Below, one piece after another: positions 11,408 through 19,623 of a DNA stretch of 64,000 nucleotides. Origin of the DNA: Acidimicrobiia bacterium. GTDB taxonomy: Bacteria > Actinomycetota > Acidimicrobiia > Spongiisociales > UBA11373. Position numbers and translations under genes: made by a program. Under the pieces are notes generated by a model. The model made no database searches. It had not been told where the DNA came from and saw only the letters and a list, made by a program, of their open reading frames with translations. The stretch spans positions 5,829-69,828 of the forward strand of contig JBFELU010000002.1 in NCBI GenBank assembly GCA_041551965.1, in the 5' to 3' direction. The stretch's first letter is position 1. Each line of letters begins with the position of its first letter.

Positions 11408-14400
11408 TCAGCCGCCAACGGTGATCGTGAAGATCTGCACGGCCGAAACGTCGATCCCACCGTCGGCGGTGCCGCCGTCGTCGCGGATCCGGATCTCGAG
11501 GGTGGCCGTGCCGATGCCGACCGCGACGGGAGTGAAGGTGAGGGTCCCATCACCGGCCACTGCGGGCAGCACATCGAAGAGACCCGGGTTGTCGTTGGCA
11601 GTCACTTCGAAGGTGAGCACCTGCCAGGCCTCATCCGGGGGACCGGCGACGATCCCGGTTCCCCAGGCGGCCGAGTAGGCGCCCGAACCTTCGGTCACCG
11701 TCACGTCGGGACCCTTGGTGAACCGGGGAACGTCGTTCACCGGCGTCACCACGATGGTGAGCATCACGGTGGGAGAGGTGTCCTCGCCGCCGTCTGCGGT
11801 CCCGCCGTCGTCGCGGAGCCGGATACCGATGAAGGCGGTGCCGGCGGCGTCGGCGGCGGGGGTGAAGCTCAGCGTGCCGTCGAGGGCGACGGCCGGGGGC
11901 GTGGCGAACAGGTCGGCATTGGAGTTGGCCACGACCTCGAAGGAGAGCGCCTGGCCGGCCTCGTCGGCCGGACCGGCGGTCATGCCGGTGGCCCAGGCCG
12001 CGGCATGGGCGCCCGAGTCCTCGGCGATCACCACGTCGAAGCCCCGATCGAAGGCGGGGGCGTCGTTCAACGCGCCGACCGCCACCGTGACCGTGGCGGT
12101 GGCGTATCCCCCGAGACCGTCGGTGATCGAGTAGGTGAAGGTGTCGGTGCCGGAGAAGTCGGCCGGAGGCTCATAGCGATAGCTGCCGCCGCCCACATCG
12201 GTGACCGTGCCGCCCTGAGCGGTCGCCACATCGAATCCCGACAGCGTCACCGGATCCAGATCGGCATCGGTGTCGTTGGCCAGCCAATCGCCCGCGTCCG
12301 AGAACACGATGGCCCCGTCCTCGAAGACCGGGAAGGGTCCGTCGGAGGTCGCGACCGGCGGGTTGTTCGTGGTGGCGTTGTTGGCGCCGCCCACGCTCGT
12401 CACCCGGGTCCCGAAGGCATCGGTGTCGATCGTGAGGGCCGCAGCGGCACAGGTCGCCGCCCCGGAGGTTGCCGGCTCCCAGCAGAAGCTGTCGTCGGCG
12501 TCCTGACCGTTGGGGGCGAGAGACAGCGATTGGCCGAACGCGACCGGGATCAGCGCCCCCTCGTTGTTGGGCAGCGGATCCCAGACCCCGAGGGCGTCGG
12601 GCGGGTTTCCGTTGCGGTTCGCCGCAGTGTCGGGCCCCCAGGCCACGAAGTCGACCAGTTCGTATCCCTCGTCGTACAGCCACAGCTCGTCGCCGGCGGA
12701 ATCGAGGAGCGTGGAGCCGCCGGCCCACAGCTCGAGATCGGTCCCGCCCACCACGTTGGTGAAGCCCGGGTTCGTCGTGGTCTGGTCGACCCCCAACCAC
12801 AGCACCGCATAGCCGCCCGCCGGGATCACGCTCCCGCCGGGGAAGGCATAGGTGAACGAGGCGGGAGCGTCGAAGGACCCGGTGATGTGGTCCGAATCGG
12901 ACAGCATCCACCCCGACACGTCGAGCGGGTGCCCGGAGGCGTTGTAGAGCTCGACGAACTCGTCGTTCTCGATGATGCCTTCCAGTCCCGTGCTCTGCTC
13001 GAAGAGAACCTCATTGATCACGGCCCGGCCCGCTTCCGGCGACAGGACGTAGTCGGTCACCGTCACGGTGACGGTCGCCGTGTCGGTCAGCGCACCGTCG
13101 GTGACGTCGTACGTGAAGGTGTCGACCCCGATGAAGGTGCCGTTGGGGGTGTAGGTACACCCGTTGGCGTCACATGTCACGCTGCCCTGAGCGGTGGCCG
13201 TCGGTCCGGACGGCACGATGCTGAGAGCGTCGCCGTCGGCGTCGGTGTCGTTGTCGACCAGTTCGGCGGCCGGGATCACCAGCGTGGCGACGAGGGCCAC
13301 CTCGAAGTCGGCCGCCGTGTCGCCGCCGTCGGGATCATCACCGGCCAGCGGGGCGTCGGCGACCGGGGTCACCGCGATCAGCACGGCGCCGGTGGCCGGA
13401 TCGGTGCCGTCGGTGACCGAGTAGGTGAACGTGTCGGCCCCGGCGAAGTCGGCGGGCGGGTCATAGCGGTACGACCCGGCGCCGAGATCGGTGACCGTGC
13501 CCCCGGCGGCGGTGATCGCATCGAACCCGGTGAGGGTGATGGCGCCGCCCTCGATGTCGGTGTCGTTCCCCAGCCAGTCGGTGGCCGCGGTGAAGGTGAG
13601 CGGGGTGTCCTCGGCGGTGGTGTACCAATCGCCGGCGGCGTTGGGGGCGTCGTTGACGGCCGACACCGTGACGGTGACCGTCGCGGTATCGCTGTCGGTG
13701 CCGTCGCTCACGGTGTAGGTGAAGGTGTCGGTCCCGCCGAAGTGGGCCGGCGGGGTGTAGGTGTAGGTGCCGTTGCCGTGGTCGACGACGGACCCGCCCG
13801 CGCTGGAGATCCCGTCGAAAGCGCTCACCGTGAGCGGATCGGCGTCGGGATCGGTGTCGTTCCCCAGCCAGTCGGTGGCGGCATGGAACAGCTTGGGAGT
13901 GTCCTCGTCGGTGGCCGCCGAGTCGTCGGTCGCTTCTGGTGGGTCGTTGACCGCACCGACGCTCACCGTCACGGTGGCGGTGTCGGTGCCGCCTGCTCCG
14001 TCGGACACCGTGTAGGTGAAGGTGTCGCTGCCGTTGAACCCTGCCGCCGGGGTGTAGGTATAGGTGCCGTCGAGGTTGTCGACGATGGTGCCGCCCGCGG
14101 TCGACGCGGCATCGAACGCCGTGATGGTGAGCGGGTCGTTCTCGGGGTCGGTGTCGTTCCCCAGCCAATCGGTCGAGGCGGTGAAGACCTTGGGGGTGTC
14201 CTCGTCGGTCGAGGCGGTGTCGTCGACGGCATCGGGCGGATCATCGACGGCGGTGACGGTCACCGTGACGGTGGCGGTGCCGGTGTTCCCGGCGGCGTCG
14301 GTGGCGGTGTAGGTGAAGGTGTCTTCGCCGGAGAACTCGGCGGCCGGGGTGTAGGTGTAGGAGCCGTCCAGGTTGTCGACGATGGTGCCGCCTTCCTTCG

Positions 14401-17398
14401 AGGCGGTGTCGAACTCCTTGATCGTCAGCGTCTCTCCATCGTCGTGGGTGTCGTTCCCCAGCCAGCTCGTCGAAGCGACGAAGGTGAACGCAGTGTCCTC
14501 GGTCGTCGTGGCGGTGTCGTCGACGGCCTTCACCGGATTGACAAACGGGTCGACCGTGACCGTCACCGTTGCCGAGGCACACTTGCCACCGGTGTCGCAG
14601 ATCTTGTAGACGAAGGTGTCGGTGCCCTCGAAGCCGTCGTCGGAGGTGTAGGTGACCTTCCCGTCTGAGGGGACGGCGGTCCCGTCTCCGGGCTGCCCCT
14701 TGATGCTCAAGGTGGCCGCATCGAGCTCACCGTCGATGTCGCTGTCGTTGGCGAGCACATCGACGGTCACCGGCTCTCCCGATTCGGTGGTGGCCGTGTC
14801 GGCCACGGCCGTCGGTTTGTCGTTCACTTCGGTGATGGTGATCGTGACGGTTGCCGAGGCGGTGCCGCCGCGCCCGTCCGAGATCGTGTAGCCGAACGTC
14901 TGAGTGCCGAAGTCCTCCGCGTCCGGGGTGTAGGTGAAGGTGGTCCCCGTCCTGGTGAGCGTCCCCTTCTCCGGATCGGTGCTCGAGGTGATGGTGAGCA
15001 AGTCGCCGTCGGGATCGGAGTCGTTGGACAGCGGAGTGATGACGACCGGTCCTCCGTCCTCGGCGACCGTGGCCGCGTCGTCGGCCGCCGACGGTGGGTT
15101 GTTGGGGTCCTCCTCGACCGTGACCTCGATGGTCACCACGGCCGAGGCCGTCCCGCCGTTGCCGTCGTCGATCACGTAGCCGAACGTGTCGAGAATGAGC
15201 CCGCTCTGGGTGGGCCCGAAGACGGGGGGCGTGTACAGGCAGGCGCCGGCCTCACACGACACGGTGCCGCCGAGCGCCGAGAACGAGTCCGGCGTGGGAG
15301 TGAGCGTATCCCCCTCCGGGTCGCCGTCGTTGGTGAGGATGTCGATTGTGACGGCGACACCTTCGATGGTTGCGCCACCGTCGGGCTCGGCAAAGGGAGG
15401 ATCGTTGACGGGTGCGACCGTCACGGTCACGATGCCTTCGGCGCACGCTCCACGCAGGTCGCAGACGCCGTAGAAGAAGGTCTCGACGCCGGACACCTCC
15501 GGGTCGGGCACGTAGCGGAGCGCACCGTCGAGGGGCATCGCCGTGCCCAGCGTCGGGGGGACCGCCACGAACAGGGTCCCCGGATCGAGTTCGTCCTCGG
15601 GGTCCTCGTCGTTCGACAGAGCCGGGATGACGACCGGCACGTCTTCGTCGGTCTCGGCCGAGTCGTCACCGACCATCGGAGGGTCGTTCACCGGGAGGAC
15701 CTCGATCATCACGGTCGCCACGCCGCCCAACCCGGCGACGTTCTCCACGCGGTAGCGGATCTCCGCCATGCCGAACCAGTTCGGCTCCGGCGTGAAGAGG
15801 ATGCCCTCGGGCAGCACCTCCGTCGTGCCGTGCTCGGGGCCCACGATGACGACCAGGGTCGCCGGATCGAGGCCCAGATCATCGAGATCGTTGGCGAGCA
15901 CGTCGACGAGCACCGGCACGTCCTCGTCGATCACGGCCTCGTCGTCCACCAGGCCGGGTGGTGCATTCGGCGACGAAGACGAGAGCAAGAGCTCGATGAG
16001 AGCCACCGGTTCGCCCTCCGGTCCCATGATGAGGACCGCCAGCCGGTCCTCACCGTCGAAGCCGGGGCCGGGCGTGTACGAGAGGATGCCACCTCGGATC
16101 GTCGCGGTCCCCCATGTCGGAGCATCCCAGATCTCTGCCGCCAGCCCCGCCGCGAGTTCCGACGGATCGAGGACTTCGATGTCGGTCGTCTCCTCGAACA
16201 GCACCCCGATCTCCACCTCCGCCCGTCGGGCATCCCCGAGCTGGATCAGCGGAACGGTCGTAGTGCTGGCGATCGTGACTTCTTCAGCTGGCAGCGGCGG
16301 GAGAGAGATCTCCGGTTCCACATCGGGGGGAGCGATCACCCCGGCACCGGCCAGAGCCAGTGCCGCCGAGGCCGCCACCGACGCCATGCCCACTCCGGCG
16401 CCTGCGCTCCGGAGGAACGGGAGCTGACCGAGCAACGAAGCGGGCCCGGCAACCCAGCGCAGCCGGCTCGGGGCGATGCGCAGGAAAGCCCGGACCACAT
16501 CGGCGTCGAATTGCCCGCCGGCGTTGCGGGCCAGTTCCTCGCGAGCCGCCGCCGCCGACAGGGGCTTCTTGTGGGATCGGCCCGAGGTCATCACGTCGAA
16601 GGCATCGGCAACCGCACAGATGCGGCCTGCCAGCGAGATCTCCTCGCCGGTCTTGCCGTCGGGGTACCCGGTTCCGTCGAAGCGTTCGTGGTGCTCGCCG
16701 ATCGCCCCGGCCCAGTCGCCGAGCCACTCCCGGAGCGGGCCGCACAACTCGAGGCCGTGCTGCGGATGCTGCTCGATCTTCGCCCACTCGGCATCGGTCA
16801 AGCTTCCGGCCTTGCCCAGGATTCCTTCGCTGATTCGAAGCTTCCCGATGTCGTGGAGGGTGGCCGCCCACCCCAGCTTCCCAAGTGATGCTTCATCGAG
16901 GCCGAGCTCTCGGCCCATCAACTCTGCATACGCCGCCACCCGGCCCCGGTCGCCGAACCGGCCGTGCTGACGTACCGCACTCGTGAGCAACTCCCCCAGC
17001 GCACCGTCGAGATCTCCGGGATCCAGGTTGCCGAGTCCGGCCAGATGATCCTCGACGGATCTTCGCGACCGCCGTGCGACCTGCAGACGTGACGGGGCTT
17101 CGCCGGGGAACTCGAGAGTCATCCCCAGCAGCGACGCCAGCGGTCCCAGGGGCCGAAGCAACGTTCGGATCGCAAACAGGCCGGCACCCGATGCCGCGAC
17201 CACGGCGCCCCACCACCCAGCCTGCTGGAGCAGACCGTCGGGGGCCGGCGCGAACCGAGCGGCGGCGACTGCAGCACCGGCGGCGCCTGCCACCGGCAAG
17301 AGCGCCGTCAGCGCCCGCACGCCGCGTGCCGGCCACGGACGCTTCTGCCACCGTTTGGCCGCGCCCCCGGATTCCTGAGGGACTTGATCCGTCATCAC
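11408..17398 (-). CDS. Giant multidomain membrane protein: N-terminal 2 TM helices, cytoplasmic HD-GYP phosphodiesterase domain, third TM helix, then ~1600-aa array of cadherin-like/VCBS-type tandem repeats with an inserted lamin-tail domain (LTD)
   Basis: Single uninterrupted 1996-aa ORF. Hydrophobic helices at about aa 27-48 and 60-80. HD-GYP signatures: LHDIGK (aa ~181), HPQHG, and EHHERFDGTGYPDG (aa ~236), spanning roughly nt 16483..17056. A third hydrophobic segment follows (GVGMASVAASAALALAGAGVIA, aa ~334-356). About 12 repeats of ~95 aa are delimited by VNDPP, VNDAP, VNDKP and VDDPP motifs, with ...TDWLGNDTD...DGTYTYTP..F.G.DTFTYTV.DG....TATVTVTV..VND.P in each. An LTD (VINEVLFEQSTGLEGIIENDEFVELYNASGHPLDVSGWMLSD) lies at about nt 12636..13019. 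GC content and codon usage match neighbouring genes. Confidence 0.8.
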   Translation of the reverse strand: MMTDQVPQESGGAAKRWQKRPWPARGVRALTALLPVAGAAGAAVAAARFAPAPDGLLQQAGWWGAVVAASGAGLFAIRTLLRPLGPLASLLGMTLEFPGEAPSRLQVARRSRRSVEDHLAGLGNLDPGDLDGALGELLTSAVRQHGRFGDRGRVAAYAELMGRELGLDEASLGKLGWAATLHDIGKLRISEGILGKAGSLTDAEWAKIEQHPQHGLELCGPLREWLGDWAGAIGEHHERFDGTGYPDGKTGEEISLAGRICAVADAFDVMTSGRSHKKPLSAAAAREELARNAGGQFDADVVRAFLRIAPSRLRWVAGPASLLGQLPFLRSAGAGVGMASVAASAALALAGAGVIAPPDVEPEISLPPLPAEEVTIASTTTVPLIQLGDARRAEVEIGVLFEETTDIEVLDPSELAAGLAAEIWDAPTWGTATIRGGILSYTPGPGFDGEDRLAVLIMGPEGEPVALIELLLSSSSPNAPPGLVDDEAVIDEDVPVLVDVLANDLDDLGLDPATLVVIVGPEHGTTEVLPEGILFTPEPNWFGMAEIRYRVENVAGLGGVATVMIEVLPVNDPPMVGDDSAETDEDVPVVIPALSNDEDPEDELDPGTLFVAVPPTLGTAMPLDGALRYVPDPEVSGVETFFYGVCDLRGACAEGIVTVTVAPVNDPPFAEPDGGATIEGVAVTIDILTNDGDPEGDTLTPTPDSFSALGGTVSCEAGACLYTPPVFGPTQSGLILDTFGYVIDDGNGGTASAVVTIEVTVEEDPNNPPSAADDAATVAEDGGPVVITPLSNDSDPDGDLLTITSSTDPEKGTLTRTGTTFTYTPDAEDFGTQTFGYTISDGRGGTASATVTITITEVNDKPTAVADTATTESGEPVTVDVLANDSDIDGELDAATLSIKGQPGDGTAVPSDGKVTYTSDDGFEGTDTFVYKICDTGGKCASATVTVTVDPFVNPVKAVDDTATTTEDTAFTFVASTSWLGNDTHDDGETLTIKEFDTASKEGGTIVDNLDGSYTYTPAAEFSGEDTFTYTATDAAGNTGTATVTVTVTAVDDPPDAVDDTASTDEDTPKVFTASTDWLGNDTDPENDPLTITAFDAASTAGGTIVDNLDGTYTYTPAAGFNGSDTFTYTVSDGAGGTDTATVTVSVGAVNDPPEATDDSAATDEDTPKLFHAATDWLGNDTDPDADPLTVSAFDGISSAGGSVVDHGNGTYTYTPPAHFGGTDTFTYTVSDGTDSDTATVTVTVSAVNDAPNAAGDWYTTAEDTPLTFTAATDWLGNDTDIEGGAITLTGFDAITAAGGTVTDLGAGSYRYDPPADFAGADTFTYSVTDGTDPATGAVLIAVTPVADAPLAGDDPDGGDTAADFEVALVATLVIPAAELVDNDTDADGDALSIVPSGPTATAQGSVTCDANGCTYTPNGTFIGVDTFTYDVTDGALTDTATVTVTVTDYVLSPEAGRAVINEVLFEQSTGLEGIIENDEFVELYNASGHPLDVSGWMLSDSDHITGSFDAPASFTYAFPGGSVIPAGGYAVLWLGVDQTTTNPGFTNVVGGTDLELWAGGSTLLDSAGDELWLYDEGYELVDFVAWGPDTAANRNGNPPDALGVWDPLPNNEGALIPVAFGQSLSLAPNGQDADDSFCWEPATSGAATCAAAALTIDTDAFGTRVTSVGGANNATTNNPPVATSDGPFPVFEDGAIVFSDAGDWLANDTDADLDPVTLSGFDVATAQGGTVTDVGGGSYRYEPPADFSGTDTFTYSITDGLGGYATATVTVAVGALNDAPAFDRGFDVVIAEDSGAHAAAWATGMTAGPADEAGQALSFEVVANSNADLFATPPAVALDGTLSFTPAADAAGTAFIGIRLRDDGGTADGGEDTSPTVMLTIVVTPVNDVPRFTKGPDVTVTEGSGAYSAAWGTGIVAGPPDEAWQVLTFEVTANDNPGLFDVLPAVAGDGTLTFTPVAVGIGTATLEIRIRDDGGTADGGIDVSAVQIFTITVGG

Positions 17399-17470
17399 CC
17401 GTAGGCATCGGAGCGCAAAGGGGACGACTTGAGGAGACCGTTGCGGGATCGGGCCCCGGATTGGGTGTGT

Positions 17471-18709
17471 CTAGGGCTCGGGGCCGACTTGGACGATCCG
17501 CTCGACGACCCGGTAGGCCTCTTCCGCCATGTGGTGCTCCCCGGGTCGCAGCAGGTTGGCCATCACCCGCAGGACCCACTCCATCAGCGGGCGGGACCGC
17601 AGCCCGATGCGGGTGAGGGCCTTCATCACACCCGGCCGGCCGATCGCTCTCACGAAGGCTCGAGACGTTCGGTAGTAGAGGCCGTAGGTGTCATCGAGCT
17701 CGTAGCGATAGCCGTGGAGCAGCGACGCGTCTCCGGCGGCGAGGGCGGCATGCACGTGCCGGGCGGCGATCCGGCCGGTCTCGTAGGCGTAGGCGATGCC
17801 CTCCCCGTTGAAGGGATTGACGGCGCCGGCGGCGTCACCCACCAAGACCCAGTTGGGACCGACCTTGGGACCCACCGAGAACGCCATCGGGAGCTTCCCG
17901 CCGCGTGGCTCGCTCACCTTCGAGTGAGGGCCGAGATCCCAGTACTCGGGTGCCGTCACCTCGAGCGCCGTCATCAGCACCGAGGTGTTGACATCCTTCC
18001 AGCGGTGGAAGGTCGACAACACACCGACCCCGACGTTGACGGTGCCGTCGCCCAGCGGGAAGACCCATCCGTAGCCCGGCACGGTGGCTCCCTCGGCATC
18101 TCGGAGATCGAGGTGACTCTCGATGTATCGGTCGTCGGAGCGAGGGCTGGCGTAGTAGCCGCGTGCGGCGAGCCCGAACGGCAGGTGCCGGTCCCTCTCG
18201 GCCGACAGTGACCGGCCGAACCGGCTCAGCGAGCCGTCGGCGACGACGACGATCCGGGGAGAGACGACCTCGCGATCCTCCCCCGCCACCAGCTCCACCG
18301 CAGTGAGGCGACCTTCGTCGAGTACCGGCTTGGCCTCCGTGCCGGCCCGCAGCACGGCACCCTGCTTCTCGGCCAGGCGAGCGACCTCCCAGTCGAGATC
18401 GGCCCGGCGAAGCACGCCACCCCAGTTGGGGTAGACCGGGTGGTCGGGCCATTCCAGCTCGAGCATGAGGTCGCCCGAGTAGGCGCGCAGACCACCGACC
18501 CGGTGGAACTCCGGCAGAGAGAAATCGAAGCCCATGTCCTCGAGTTGGCGGATGGAACGGGGGGTGAGGCCATCGCCACACGGCTTGGGACGGGGGTACT
18601 CCTTCTTCTCGGCCACGAGGACGGAGTGGCCCTCCCGGGCCAGCCAGTGAGCCGCGGCGGCGCCTCCCGGTCCACCGCCGACGACCAGCACGTCGAGTCG
18701 ATCGGCCAT
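17471..18709 (-). CDS. Geranylgeranyl reductase family FAD-dependent oxidoreductase (MenJ-like)
   Basis: MADRLDVLVVGGGPGGAAAAHWLAREGHSVLVAEKKEYPRPKPCGDGLTP is an FAD Rossmann plus GGR-family signature, 412 aa. The 66-aa Ser/Pro-rich N-terminal extension in the track ORF is not homologous. Confidence 0.85.
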   Translation of the reverse strand: MADRLDVLVVGGGPGGAAAAHWLAREGHSVLVAEKKEYPRPKPCGDGLTPRSIRQLEDMGFDFSLPEFHRVGGLRAYSGDLMLELEWPDHPVYPNWGGVLRRADLDWEVARLAEKQGAVLRAGTEAKPVLDEGRLTAVELVAGEDREVVSPRIVVVADGSLSRFGRSLSAERDRHLPFGLAARGYYASPRSDDRYIESHLDLRDAEGATVPGYGWVFPLGDGTVNVGVGVLSTFHRWKDVNTSVLMTALEVTAPEYWDLGPHSKVSEPRGGKLPMAFSVGPKVGPNWVLVGDAAGAVNPFNGEGIAYAYETGRIAARHVHAALAAGDASLLHGYRYELDDTYGLYYRTSRAFVRAIGRPGVMKALTRIGLRSRPLMEWVLRVMANLLRPGEHHMAEEAYRVVERIVQVGPEP

Positions 18710-18752
18710 GGCAGCGAGATTACCGGGGGGTGGATCGGTAGCCGAAGGCGGG

Positions 18753-19619
18753 CTACTCGCCGGCGGCGCCCTCGTCGATCTCGGCGAGACCGCAGTCGAC
18801 GAGAGCCTCGTCGAGTGACTGGCCGCCGAACTGGACCCGTTCGTAGAGGACCACGGCCCGGATCTCCTCTTCGGAAAGGGCGCCCTGGAAGCCGGGCATC
18901 TGGGCACCGCTGCCGCCGACCGGCTTTTCGGTGGCCCCGTAGGTCGACTCGGGCCAGTCGGCCGTGCCGAGGGTCACCCAGTCGACCTGAGCCTGGCACT
19001 GGCCCGGAGGGAAGGTCTGCAACAGGGCCCCACCGGTGAATCCGGGGAAGTTGCCTGCACCGCCCCCGCCCTCACCGTGGCACGCGGCACAGGTGGCGTA
19101 TTCGAGGCTCCCGATCGAGAAGAAGTCGGTCAACGAGAGCCCGTACGGGCTGCCGTCGCAACCCACGGCGACGCCCGAAACCGGATCGACCGCCAGCCGC
19201 CCGGCATCGCCGCAGTTGGGGCCGTTGGGGAAGAAGAGGGCATAGCCGATGGCAAAGGCCGGCACGATCATGAACAAAACCACCAGCCAGCGAGGAATGG
19301 CACCGGCAGCCACCGCGTCCTCCTCGCTCTCGTAGCGGGGTTCCTCCTCGGAGATCACTTCGGGGGCCGGAGGAGCCTCCACTCCGATCACCTCGACCTC
19401 GGGTCCCTCGGCCGGGGCCGGGGCGGCCGGAGCCTCGCCGGTCGGCTCGGCGGCAGGTGCGGTGGATTCGGCGGGAGCAACCGCCTCGCCGCCCCCCCAA
19501 GCCGCCAGCACCGATTCCATGGAAACGCCCTGGGCCTTGGCCCGCGCCTCGGCGGAACGTAGCACCAGCACCTCGGGAGTACCGAGTGCGGCGGCTGCGG
19601 CGGCGAGAAGTTCTTCCAT
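18753..19619 (-). CDS. Membrane-anchored monoheme c-type cytochrome (CcoP-like)
   Basis: Single CAACHGE heme-binding motif and one TM helix (IPRWLVVLFMIVPAFAIGYALFF). The start MEELLAAAAAALGTPEV at 19619 lies 4 nt after the upstream stop. The N-terminal segment EVLVLRSAEARAKAQGVSMESVLAAW resembles the repeat motif of the subunit IV-like protein at 23541. Confidence 0.8.
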   Translation of the reverse strand: MEELLAAAAAALGTPEVLVLRSAEARAKAQGVSMESVLAAWGGGEAVAPAESTAPAAEPTGEAPAAPAPAEGPEVEVIGVEAPPAPEVISEEEPRYESEEDAVAAGAIPRWLVVLFMIVPAFAIGYALFFPNGPNCGDAGRLAVDPVSGVAVGCDGSPYGLSLTDFFSIGSLEYATCAACHGEGGGGAGNFPGFTGGALLQTFPPGQCQAQVDWVTLGTADWPESTYGATEKPVGGSGAQMPGFQGALSEEEIRAVVLYERVQFGGQSLDEALVDCGLAEIDEGAAGE

Positions 19620-19623
19620 CGAG

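Noticed and set aside
11354-14668. 1104-aa plus-strand ORF
   Set aside because: Antisense to the giant repeat gene. Its translation is Gly/Arg/Val-rich nonsense. It is an artifact of stop-poor GC-rich repetitive coding sequence on the other strand.
11408-16300. Highly regular ~285-nt DNA periodicity, considered as a possible CRISPR or satellite array
   Set aside because: The repeats are in-frame coding repeats of cadherin-like domains with diverged sequence, not short identical direct repeats with unique spacers. There are no cas genes.
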